Of a stretch of 64,000 nucleotides of DNA, positions 45,216-53,521 are shown one piece after another; position 1 is the stretch's first letter, and the number at the start of each line of letters is the position of its first letter. The notes beneath the pieces were generated by a model. The model had not been told where the DNA came from. It worked only from the letters and a program-made list of their open reading frames with translations, and searched no databases. A program made the translations under genes and the position numbers. The DNA comes from Dehalococcoidia bacterium (GTDB lineage Bacteria > Chloroflexota > Dehalococcoidia > DSTF01 > JACRBR01). The DNA lies in contig JBBRPY010000008.1 of assembly GCA_038227375.1 (NCBI GenBank), positions 4,178 through 68,177 on the forward strand. The letters run 5' to 3'.

Positions 45216-45969
45216 CGCTGCCGCCCCGACGCTTCGGCCGGGCGATGAAGCCCCCGCGGCGCTGCACGCGCGCTGCCTCGTGCTGCAGGACGTCACCATC
45301 GCCTACGGACGCCACGTCGTGCTGGCGCATGTGGATGCGGACATCCCGCGCAGCCAGATCGTCAGCATCATTGGGCCGAACGGCGCCGGCAAGAGCACGT
45401 TGCTGAAGGCGATCGCCGGCCTGATACCGCTCGTCGGTGGCGACATCCGGCTCTTTGATGAGCCGATCGGTCGCGTGCGGCGTCGCGTGGCGTATGTGCC
45501 GCAACGCGAAGATGTTGATTGGGCGTTCCCGGTGTCGGTCGGTGACGTCGTGATGATGGGACGCTACCCGCGGCGAGGCTGGCTTCGCGGTTCGACCGCA
45601 GAGGATCGGCAGATCGTCGGCGACGCCCTGGACCATCTCGGCATCGGCGACCTCGCGGGGCGTCAGATCAGCCGTCTCTCCGGCGGGCAGCAGAGGCGCG
45701 CGTTCATCGCCCGGGCGCTGGCGCAGCAGCCGGACGTTATCTTGCTCGATGAGCCGATGGCCGGCATCGACGCCGAAACGCACGATCGCATTCTCGAATT
45801 GTTCGACGAGTGGCGTGAGGCAGGCAAAGTCGTGCTGCAAGCGACCCACACGCACATTCACGGCGGTTCGATGATCGTGCTGCGGCGCACGGCGGAGCCG
45901 GTTTCCGCCGCGGACTTCGAACATCACGCGGCGGAGGCGGGCGAGCACCATGCTTCACGCGGTCACTGA
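45208..45969 (+). CDS. znuC: metal (Zn/Mn) ABC transporter ATP-binding protein
   Basis: Walker A GPNGAGKST, signature LSGGQQRR, Walker B ILLDEP. Confidence 0.85.
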   Translation: MADAAAPTLRPGDEAPAALHARCLVLQDVTIAYGRHVVLAHVDADIPRSQIVSIIGPNGAGKSTLLKAIAGLIPLVGGDIRLFDEPIGRVRRRVAYVPQREDVDWAFPVSVGDVVMMGRYPRRGWLRGSTAEDRQIVGDALDHLGIGDLAGRQISRLSGGQQRRAFIARALAQQPDVILLDEPMAGIDAETHDRILELFDEWREAGKVVLQATHTHIHGGSMIVLRRTAEPVSAADFEHHAAEAGEHHASRGH

Positions 45970-46876
45970 TCCGTGGTCTGACCCGGCGTTCGTGCGGGCG
46001 TTCGCCGACATCGTCGCCGTCGCGATCGTCGCTGGCGCCATCGGCACGCTGATCGTGCTCCGCGGGATCGGCTTCCTCGGCGACGCGGTCGCGCACTCGA
46101 TCTTTCCGGGTGTCGTGACGGCGTTCCTCATCGACGTAAACCTGCTAATCGGTGCGCTCGTCGCGGGCGTCGCGACGGCGGCGATCATGGGGCTGCTGAC
46201 GGCGAACGCCCGCGTCCGCGACAACACGGCGATCGGTGTCGTCTTCACGGCGGCGTTCGCGCTGGGCGTGGTGATTCTGTCGAATCAACCGGTGAACGTG
46301 GACCAGCTGGAGGGCATCCTCTTCGGCGACCCATTGAGCGCTCAGCCATCCGACCTCATCATGACCATGGCAATCGGCGGCGGCGTACTGCTGACGGTCG
46401 TCTTGCTGCGCCGTCTCTTCGTCATGGCCGCATTCGACCCCAGCGGGGCGAGGGCGATGGGGCTGCCGGTCGTCGCGCTCGACATCTTGCTGCTGCTGGT
46501 GACGGCGCTCACCGTCGTCGTCGCGTTCAAGGCGGTCGGCAACATTCTCGTCATCTCATTGATGATCACGCCCGCCGCGACGGCCCGCTTCTTCACGGAT
46601 CGGCTGCTGCCGATGGCCACCATGGCGGCGCTGATTGGCGTCGTCGCGGGCGTGATCGGCATCTACACCGGATACCAGACCGATACCTCGGTGGGTGGCG
46701 TGATCGTGCTGGCGACGACGCTCGCCTTCTTCGCCGCCTGGCTGTTCGCGCCCGAGCACGGCGTCGTGTCGTTGCGCATGGCGCAGCGGCACGGAGCGCT
46801 GCTACGATCAGAGCCGGAGGCCGTCGCGGAGATCATCCTGGCATCGCCGGAGATCCGCGCGCCGCACGAAGGCTAG
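45950..46876 (+). CDS. znuB: metal ABC transporter permease (ZnuB/MntB family)
   Basis: 8 TM helices, family-typical DAVAHSIFPGV and GAR motifs. Confidence 0.85.
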   Translation: MLHAVTDPWSDPAFVRAFADIVAVAIVAGAIGTLIVLRGIGFLGDAVAHSIFPGVVTAFLIDVNLLIGALVAGVATAAIMGLLTANARVRDNTAIGVVFTAAFALGVVILSNQPVNVDQLEGILFGDPLSAQPSDLIMTMAIGGGVLLTVVLLRRLFVMAAFDPSGARAMGLPVVALDILLLLVTALTVVVAFKAVGNILVISLMITPAATARFFTDRLLPMATMAALIGVVAGVIGIYTGYQTDTSVGGVIVLATTLAFFAAWLFAPEHGVVSLRMAQRHGALLRSEPEAVAEIILASPEIRAPHEG

Positions 46877-46879
46877 TCC

Positions 46880-47632
46880 ATGCGCGCAGTCGCCCTGGTC
46901 CTGACCGCCGCCGCGCTGGCGCTGTTCGCCGCATCGTGCGGCGGCGGCGCGGGCGCAGGGCCGCAGGTGACGATCGAGCCGCTGGCCTCGGTGACTCCGC
47001 CCGGGGCCACGGCCTTCGGGGGCAAACCGGCCGCGCCACCGGCAGCCGCGGCAACCGATCCCGCGCGGCAAGAATCAGCGGCGGAGACGGCGACAGCGGC
47101 GCCGGCGCGCCAGGAACCGCCCTCGGCAGCGTCGACGGAAGCCCCAGCATCCGGCGCGCCGGCGTCGTCGACTGCGGAAACCCCCGCATCCCACGCGCCG
47201 GTCTCGTCTACGGCGGAAGCCTCGCCTACGCCCGCACTCCCGCCCAGCAGCGGCCGCTGGATCGATGTTGATGTCGCTCGCTTCGAGGTGCGGCTGATGG
47301 ATGGCGCGACCGTCCTGCAGAAGATCACGCCGGTCGCCGTCGGCGTACAGATCGACACAGGCGAGTACGCGTCAACGCAGACGGGCCTGTTTCACGTGTA
47401 CAACAAGATCGCGGACCTGGCCTACGACCCGCCGTACGGCACCTACATCAGCGATTGGGTGGGTTTCGATCCGGCCAAGGCGAATGGATTCCACTCGTTC
47501 CTGAAAGACCAAACCGGCAAGGTCGTGGATGCCGCCACCGGCCGCGTCTCCAACGGATGCATCCGCACCGGCGCCGAGCGCGCCATCTACGCCTTCGCGG
47601 AGATCGGGATGCCTGTATTTGTGCATGCGTGA
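46880..47632 (+). CDS. lipoprotein with L,D-transpeptidase (YkuD) catalytic domain and Ala/Pro-rich linker
   Basis: Lipobox LFAAS|C. The C-terminal domain carries the H..(S/N)xGCIR catalytic motif (HSF...SNGCIRTG). Confidence 0.75.
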   Translation: MRAVALVLTAAALALFAASCGGGAGAGPQVTIEPLASVTPPGATAFGGKPAAPPAAAATDPARQESAAETATAAPARQEPPSAASTEAPASGAPASSTAETPASHAPVSSTAEASPTPALPPSSGRWIDVDVARFEVRLMDGATVLQKITPVAVGVQIDTGEYASTQTGLFHVYNKIADLAYDPPYGTYISDWVGFDPAKANGFHSFLKDQTGKVVDAATGRVSNGCIRTGAERAIYAFAEIGMPVFVHA

Positions 47633-47733
47633 GTGATCGGCGGTCTTCAGCGAAGATGGACGATGGAACGTGGAGGATGGAGGGACCGCGCGTCCATCCT
47701 CTATCGTCACATCAAGACGAACCCGCGGCGCCC

Positions 47734-48372
47734 CTACAGCACCGACTCGTGCGGGTCGAAGTGGGGGTAGGGCGGGAAGAGCGACTCGAGTTCGCGGCGG
47801 ATCGGGTCTTCGGGCGGCAGGAAGCGGCTGAAGTCGCCGTCCGGTTCGGGGCGCCTGCGCTGGCCGGTGACCTTGCCATCCATGATCTTGTTTTGGAGCA
47901 TGATCAGTCCGGTCAGCAGTGACTCCGGCCGGGGCGGGCAGCCCGGCACGTAGACATCGACGGGGACGATGAGGTTCACGCCGGGCAACACGCTATAGGC
48001 GTAGGCGAACGGCCCACCCATGATCGCGCAGCCGCCCATCGAGATCGCCCACTTCGGTTCAGGCATCTGCAGCCAGATGCGGCGGATCGCCGGCGCCATC
48101 TTCCACGTACACGTGCCCGATACGATCATCAGGTCCGCCTGCCGCGGCGAGGCGCGGAAGATCTCCGCGCCGAAGCGGGCGATGTCGTAGCGGGGTGTCG
48201 CGGTGGCGATCATCTCCATCGCGCAGCAGGCCAGCCCGAACATCGTCGGCCAGAGCGACGAGCTGCGCGCCCAGTTCATCACGGTGTCGACGCCGGTCAG
48301 CAGGATGTTCTGCTCGACGTCGGCATCGACGTCGGGATCCTGACCGAGCAGCGGGATCGTTTCCTGGGTCAT
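47734..48372 (-). CDS. nuoB: NADH-quinone oxidoreductase subunit B (20 kDa, N2 cluster) with ~50 aa C-terminal extension
   Basis: The four Cys of the N2 cluster are in family context ([26 protein letters not shown]). No other nuo genes are adjacent. Confidence 0.9.
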   Translation of the reverse strand: MTQETIPLLGQDPDVDADVEQNILLTGVDTVMNWARSSSLWPTMFGLACCAMEMIATATPRYDIARFGAEIFRASPRQADLMIVSGTCTWKMAPAIRRIWLQMPEPKWAISMGGCAIMGGPFAYAYSVLPGVNLIVPVDVYVPGCPPRPESLLTGLIMLQNKIMDGKVTGQRRRPEPDGDFSRFLPPEDPIRRELESLFPPYPHFDPHESVL

Positions 48373-48465
48373 AGCTGCATTCTGCCGGATAGCCGCCCAT
48401 TTGGGCAATATTTCACAATCCAACGGACATGAATCGCAGGCGAGACTCGCCGCCGACCGCCGCTG

Positions 48466-49011
48466 CTAGCGATTCGTCCGTTCGCGGAGCGGCCCGGGCT
48501 GCGGCATGCCGTCGATCATCTCCCGCGGCTCGAGCTTCCGCTCGCAGTACTTGTCCAGCGTGTCGCGGTCGTGCAGATACTCCATGCGCGGGACGGCGTA
48601 TCCGCATGACGTCTGCAGCTTCTCTACGTCGATGAAGAACGCCTGCCGAACGTAGGGGTGCAGGTCGTCGACGAAGGCGGTGCGGTACGCCGCGAGATCC
48701 GCGTCATCGAGGTCGACGCGCCGTCCGCGGCCGTAGATGCGGACGATGCCGGCGGCGCCGTCGAAGCTGCACAGCATCAGCGTCACGCGGCCGTTCTCGC
48801 TTGTATGCCGGGCGGTCTCGTTGCCGCTGCCCGGGTAGTCGATGTATCCGACGAGCTTCGGTCCAAGTACGCGGAGGCCGCTGCGGCCCTTCGGCGACAG
48901 GTTGGGATAGCCCTCCGCCGCATCGCTCGGCGCGGTGGCGACGAAGAACATGTGCTGCCGCTCGACAAACGCCCTGCGTTCGTCGTCGATGTGATCGAAC
49001 CAATCCGCCAT
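48466..49011 (-). CDS. pyridoxamine 5'-phosphate oxidase-related FMN/F420-binding split-barrel protein
   Basis: ATG at 49011 lies 8 nt after GGAGGGA. The fold pattern is ~180 aa. The track ORF upstream extension is rejected. Confidence 0.7.
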   Translation of the reverse strand: MADWFDHIDDERRAFVERQHMFFVATAPSDAAEGYPNLSPKGRSGLRVLGPKLVGYIDYPGSGNETARHTSENGRVTLMLCSFDGAAGIVRIYGRGRRVDLDDADLAAYRTAFVDDLHPYVRQAFFIDVEKLQTSCGYAVPRMEYLHDRDTLDKYCERKLEPREMIDGMPQPGPLRERTNR

Positions 49012-49200
49012 CGTCCATCCCTCCGTACGTGCATCGTACAACCAATCGCAGCCCGGTGGCCGCGGCGCCGACGCCCGTCCCGCAGCTGGCGTTCCTGAAC
49101 TTGGCACACATCCGACAGCGGCGGCGGCGTCTCGCGATGCGGTGGCAACGGCGGCGGGCGCATCATCAATGCGCACATCGAATTCACATGGGAGGCGCGC

Positions 49201-49848
49201 ATGGATACGTGGGTCTGGATCGTGATTGTCGCCGTCGTGGCTATCGTCGCCATCGCACTGGCGGCCGCAGCATCGATGGCGCAGCGGCGCCGCACGCAGG
49301 GACTTCAGGACGATTTCGGTCCGGAGTACGACCGGGCGGTTGACGAGAAGGGCGATCGGGGAGCTGCCGAACGGGCGCTCCGCGACCGCAAGGAACGCGT
49401 CGCCAAGTTCCAGGTCCGGCCGCTCTCCGCGGACGAACGGCGGAGACTGAGCGACGACTGGACGACGGCGCAGACGCGGTTTGTAGACGACCCGAACTCC
49501 GCGATCCGCGACGCTGACGGGCTGATCCAGCAGGCGATGCGCGCGCGCGGGTTCCCGGTCGGCGAGTTCGAGCAGAACGCCGCCGACATCTCGGTCGAGC
49601 ATCCGTACGTCGTCGAGCACTATCGCGCGGCGCACGAGATTGCCGTCGCCAACGTTGATGGGCGCGCGGATACGGAGGCGCTTCGCCAAGCGATGGTGCA
49701 CTACCGCTCGCTCTTCGAAGAGATGGTGAACGCGACCGGCCCCGAAGATGTGCCGCAACGAGCGGCGCCTGAGGGCCAGCGCGAGCCCGAGCCCGAAGGC
49801 ACGCACCGTGCGGCAGGCAGGCTCGGCCAGATCCAGCGCCGTCGGTAG
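49201..49848 (+). CDS. hypothetical membrane-anchored protein
   Basis: ATG 8 nt after GGGAGG; N-terminal TM helix then charged soluble domain. Confidence 0.5.
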   Translation: MDTWVWIVIVAVVAIVAIALAAAASMAQRRRTQGLQDDFGPEYDRAVDEKGDRGAAERALRDRKERVAKFQVRPLSADERRRLSDDWTTAQTRFVDDPNSAIRDADGLIQQAMRARGFPVGEFEQNAADISVEHPYVVEHYRAAHEIAVANVDGRADTEALRQAMVHYRSLFEEMVNATGPEDVPQRAAPEGQREPEPEGTHRAAGRLGQIQRRR

Positions 49849-49886
49849 GTCGATCGCCGGCATCGCGGCGCACCAGGGATAAGCGC

Positions 49887-50894
49887 CTACGCGAGCAGCG
49901 TCTCGAGGATTGTCCCCATCTCCGCCGCGTCGCGGCCCGGCATGGCGATCAGCGGGAGGTCGACGCCGAGCGTGCGACGCGCATCGAGTTCCTCCTTGCA
50001 CCGCCCCAACGGGCCGACGACCGCCGTCTGGTCGAGCATGCGGTCGGAGACGCCGGCGGCGGCCGCCTTGGGATCACGCGCCGCCCAACCTTCCTTGATC
50101 TTTGCGACCTCCTCCGCGAAGCCGTGGCGTTCGAGCATCTCGTAGTAGTAGGTGCCCATGCGCCCGACATAGAAGGCGATCGGACCGCGCGCCTGCATGC
50201 GGATCTGCTCCTCGCTGCCGGCGTCGGTGATCTGCATCACCAGCGCGGGCGCGACGGTGATGTCGGCGCGCGTCTTCCCCGCCTTTTTCGCGCCCTCCAT
50301 GATCGTGCTTACGCCTTCGGCGATCTTGTCCTTCGGCCAGTAGATGGGGATCCAGCCGTCGGCGATCTCTCCCGTCTGCACCATGCTCTTCGGCGTGATC
50401 GAGGCAATGTACGTGGGGATATGGTCGCGCTGTGTCGGGAACTGCATCGTGAAGCCCCGCGCCAGTTGGAACACCTTGCCGTCGTAGTTCAGCTTCTGGC
50501 GCCGCATGATCATGTTGATGATCTCGATGTATTCGCGCAGCCGTGTCGCCGGTCGCGCGAACGGCACGCCGTGCCAGTGCTCCACCACGTTCGTGCCGGA
50601 GCTGCCGAGACCGATGATCGCGCGCCCCTGCGAAAGCTCGTCCAGCGTGCCGAACGTCATCGCGAGCACCGCGGGCGTCCGGCTGAATACGTTGACGATC
50701 GCGGTGCCCAGTTGAATCTTCGTGGTCGCCAGCGCGAGCTGGGTGAGCATGCTGAACGCATCGCGCCCCCACGCCTCCGCCACCCAGGCAGACTCGACGC
50801 CGAGGTCTTCCGCGATCTGGACGCGCCGCACGAGTTCCAGCCGCTCCTCGCGGCCGCCACCGAAGCCGATCTGGATGCCGAGTCTCTTGGTCAC
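49887..50894 (-). CDS. LLM-class (luciferase-like) F420-dependent oxidoreductase
   Basis: GTG at 50894 lies 9 nt after AAGGAG. The luciferase-like TIM barrel pattern is present (RLELVRRVQIAEDLGVESAWVAE, GLGSSGTNVVEHWHGVPF). Confidence 0.8.
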   Translation of the reverse strand: MTKRLGIQIGFGGGREERLELVRRVQIAEDLGVESAWVAEAWGRDAFSMLTQLALATTKIQLGTAIVNVFSRTPAVLAMTFGTLDELSQGRAIIGLGSSGTNVVEHWHGVPFARPATRLREYIEIINMIMRRQKLNYDGKVFQLARGFTMQFPTQRDHIPTYIASITPKSMVQTGEIADGWIPIYWPKDKIAEGVSTIMEGAKKAGKTRADITVAPALVMQITDAGSEEQIRMQARGPIAFYVGRMGTYYYEMLERHGFAEEVAKIKEGWAARDPKAAAAGVSDRMLDQTAVVGPLGRCKEELDARRTLGVDLPLIAMPGRDAAEMGTILETLLA

Positions 50895-51017
50895 GGTTGC
50901 CTGCTCCTTCTGATCGCACGTGCACGCCGCGCCTTCGCGCCAATCCGGGCGCTGCACTGTGCAGCGATCATCCCTGTCGCTCGCGCTACGGTCAATGTGC
51001 TGCGATGCTGCCGTTCG

Positions 51018-51752
51018 ATGAGTGTGAAGGTGGTAATCCTGCCGGATGCCCGTGCGTTAGCGGTGGCGGCCGCCGATGCCGTCTGCGCCGTTGTCCGGAG
51101 GAAGCCGGATGCCCGCCTCGGACTGCCGACGGGCGGCACGCCGATCCCGACATATGAGGAACTGCGGCAGCGTGAATCGAGCGGCGATGTCGATTTCTCG
51201 CGCGGCGTCATCTACGCGATCGACGAGTTCGCCGGTCCATCGTCTAACACGCCCGGCACGAACACCGCGTTCTACGAGGAGCACCTGCGCATTCACCCCG
51301 CCGCGCTGCACTGCCCGCGTTCCGACGCACCCGATCCCGACGCCGAAGTGCAGGCGTATGCCACCGCCATGCGCCGGGACGGCGGACTGGACCTGTGCCT
51401 GCTCGGCATCGGCTTGAACGGACACGTGGCCTTCAACGAGCCCGGGTCGTCGAGCGCGAGCAGGGCCGCCGTCGTGCCGCTCGCGGAATCATCACGCGCG
51501 GCGTACGCCGATGCCTTCGGGTCGCTCGACCGCGTGCCCCGGCTCGGGATGACGCTGGGGATCGCGGACGTGCTCGAATCGCGCGTGCTCGTCGTCCTTG
51601 CGCAGGGTGCCGAGAAGGCGGTGATCGTCCGAGCCGCGATCGAGGGTCCGGCGACGGACGCCGCGCCGGCCTCGTGGCTGCGGCTGCACGCCGACGTCAC
51701 GTGGCTGGTCGACGCTGCCGCGGCATCGCTACTTTCGCCGCGCGCGTCGTGA
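51018..51752 (+). CDS. nagB: glucosamine-6-phosphate deaminase / 6-phosphogluconolactonase family protein
   Basis: The LLGIGLNGHVAFNEPGSS motif matches the NagB active-site region. The start is chosen as the inner ATG 51018. Confidence 0.7.
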   Translation: MSVKVVILPDARALAVAAADAVCAVVRRKPDARLGLPTGGTPIPTYEELRQRESSGDVDFSRGVIYAIDEFAGPSSNTPGTNTAFYEEHLRIHPAALHCPRSDAPDPDAEVQAYATAMRRDGGLDLCLLGIGLNGHVAFNEPGSSSASRAAVVPLAESSRAAYADAFGSLDRVPRLGMTLGIADVLESRVLVVLAQGAEKAVIVRAAIEGPATDAAPASWLRLHADVTWLVDAAAASLLSPRAS

Positions 51753-52381
51753 AGACATCCTGGCCGCGCCCGATCGGCGGCTTGTACGTGATCATCGACC
51801 CGGACGCGTGCCTGGGGCGCGCTCCAGCGGAGGTGGCGCGGCTGGCGCTGGAGGGCGGCGCCGCGATGCTGCAGTGGCGCGACAAGCGCCGTAATATGGC
51901 CGATCAGCTCGCGTCGGCGCTGGCGATCGCCGCGCTCTGCGAGGAGCACGGGGCCATCTTCATCGTCAACGACCACCCTGACCTTGCCGTGGCTTCGAGC
52001 GCACACGGCGTGCACCTTGGCCAGGGAGATCTGCCGATCGGAGCCGTACGGCCGATCGTGGGGGCGGACGCGACCATCGGCGTCTCCACCAACAATGCGG
52101 AGGAAGCGCGCGCGGCTGAGCGAGCGGGCGCGGGCTACGTCGCAGTAGGGGCGATCTTCCGCACGGCGTCGAAAGCGGTCACGCGGGAAGCGAACCTCCA
52201 GCGGCTGGCGGAAGTGAAGGCGGCGGTCGCCGTGCCGGTGATCGCGATCGGCGGCATCGGCGCGTCGAATATCGCGAGCGTCATCGCTGCTGGCGCCGAT
52301 GGTGTCGCCGTGATCAGCGCCGTCTGTGGCGCCGCTGACCCGCGCGCCGCTGCGGCGGAGCTGGAGCGGGCGTTTCGCTAA
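51749..52381 (+). CDS. thiE: thiamine-phosphate synthase
   Basis: The GTG start overlaps the nagB stop (GTGA). ThiE motifs are present (YVIIDPD, LQWRDK, GVHLGQGDLP, AVGAIF, AIGGI). Confidence 0.85.
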   Translation: MKTSWPRPIGGLYVIIDPDACLGRAPAEVARLALEGGAAMLQWRDKRRNMADQLASALAIAALCEEHGAIFIVNDHPDLAVASSAHGVHLGQGDLPIGAVRPIVGADATIGVSTNNAEEARAAERAGAGYVAVGAIFRTASKAVTREANLQRLAEVKAAVAVPVIAIGGIGASNIASVIAAGADGVAVISAVCGAADPRAAAAELERAFR

Positions 52382-52384
52382 CCA

Positions 52385-53410
52385 ATGGCGCACCGAAGCG
52401 CCTCATCTTCTCGCTCATCTCCGCACGGGATAGACTGGCGCCGTCAGGAGGCGATCATTCTTCGGATATTCAAGCGCACGCAGGAAGCCGACGAGAAGAC
52501 CGAGCAGGCGCTGGAACGCACCCGCACGGGATGGTTCAAGAACATCTCCGGTCTCTTCGACCGTAGCAAGATCGATGACGAGATCTGGGAAGAACTGGAA
52601 GAGCTGCTGATTGGCGCCGACACTGGCGTCACCACGACGCAGAAAATCCTGCGTGACGTGCAGTTGCAGGTCGACAAAGAGCGGATCAAAGACGCAGCCG
52701 ACGTGCGCCCGATTCTGCAGCAGTGCCTTGTCGGCATCCTGCAGAGCGGCCGGGAGAAGGGCCGCATCTGGGGCGAGGAGGATCCGCCACCGGCTACCCG
52801 GCCAGTGGTCATCCTGATCATCGGGGTGAACGGCACCGGGAAGACGACAAGCGTCGCCAAGCTGGCGCAGGCGTACCGCGAGGACGGTGCAAAGGTCGTA
52901 GTTGCCGCCGCCGACACCTTCCGCGCTGCCGCCATCGAGCAGCTCAAGAGCTGGGGTGAGATCGTGGGGGCCGATGTCGTCGCACACAAGCAAGGCGCCG
53001 ACCCCGGGGCCGTCGTCTTCGATGCGCTGACCGCTGCCGAGAGCCGGGGCGCCGAGGTCGTGCTCATCGACACGGCGGGCAGGCTACACACGAAGTTCAA
53101 CCTGATGGAAGAGCTGGGCAAGATCCGGCGCGTCATCGAGCGCAAGGTGCCTGAAGGGCCGGATGAAGTGATGCTTGTGCTGGATGCCACGACGGGGCAG
53201 AACGCCCTCGTCCAGGCGACGGCGTTCGCCGAGGTCGTCCCGATCACGGCGCTCTGCCTGACCAAGCTCGACGGCACATCCAAGGGCGGCATCGTCTTCG
53301 CCGTGTCGGACCAACTGCAGATTCCGGTGCGGTTCATCGGCACCGGCGAGAAGCCGGAGGACCTGACGCCGTTTGATGCGGAGGAGTTCGTCGCCGCCCT
53401 CTTTCACTAG
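52385..53410 (+). CDS. ftsY: signal recognition particle receptor FtsY
   Basis: The NG domain has GVNGTGKTTS, DTAGR and TKLDG motifs. The true start may be downstream of the internal GGAGG at 52447, possibly at a non-ATG codon. Confidence 0.9.
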   Translation: MAHRSASSSRSSPHGIDWRRQEAIILRIFKRTQEADEKTEQALERTRTGWFKNISGLFDRSKIDDEIWEELEELLIGADTGVTTTQKILRDVQLQVDKERIKDAADVRPILQQCLVGILQSGREKGRIWGEEDPPPATRPVVILIIGVNGTGKTTSVAKLAQAYREDGAKVVVAAADTFRAAAIEQLKSWGEIVGADVVAHKQGADPGAVVFDALTAAESRGAEVVLIDTAGRLHTKFNLMEELGKIRRVIERKVPEGPDEVMLVLDATTGQNALVQATAFAEVVPITALCLTKLDGTSKGGIVFAVSDQLQIPVRFIGTGEKPEDLTPFDAEEFVAALFH

Positions 53411-53521
53411 CCGCCGCGGCGGTCGCCGGCCTTACGATTGCCTTACGAAGCGCCGTTGGACGCTCTCGGCGGGCGATCACGGTGAGCTCTGCCACGGGCT
53501 TGCGCTAAGCTACATACCTGC

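Noticed and set aside
42993-45299. 768 aa minus-strand ORF
   Set aside because: Antisense to two CoA-transferases and the Fur regulator; no motifs; stop-codon-poor GC-rich antisense frame
47640-47733. Hairpin GGATGGAGGGAC...GTCCATCC between convergent ldt and nuoB as bidirectional terminator
   Set aside because: The stem is imperfect and there is no U-tract on either side. This is too weak to call.
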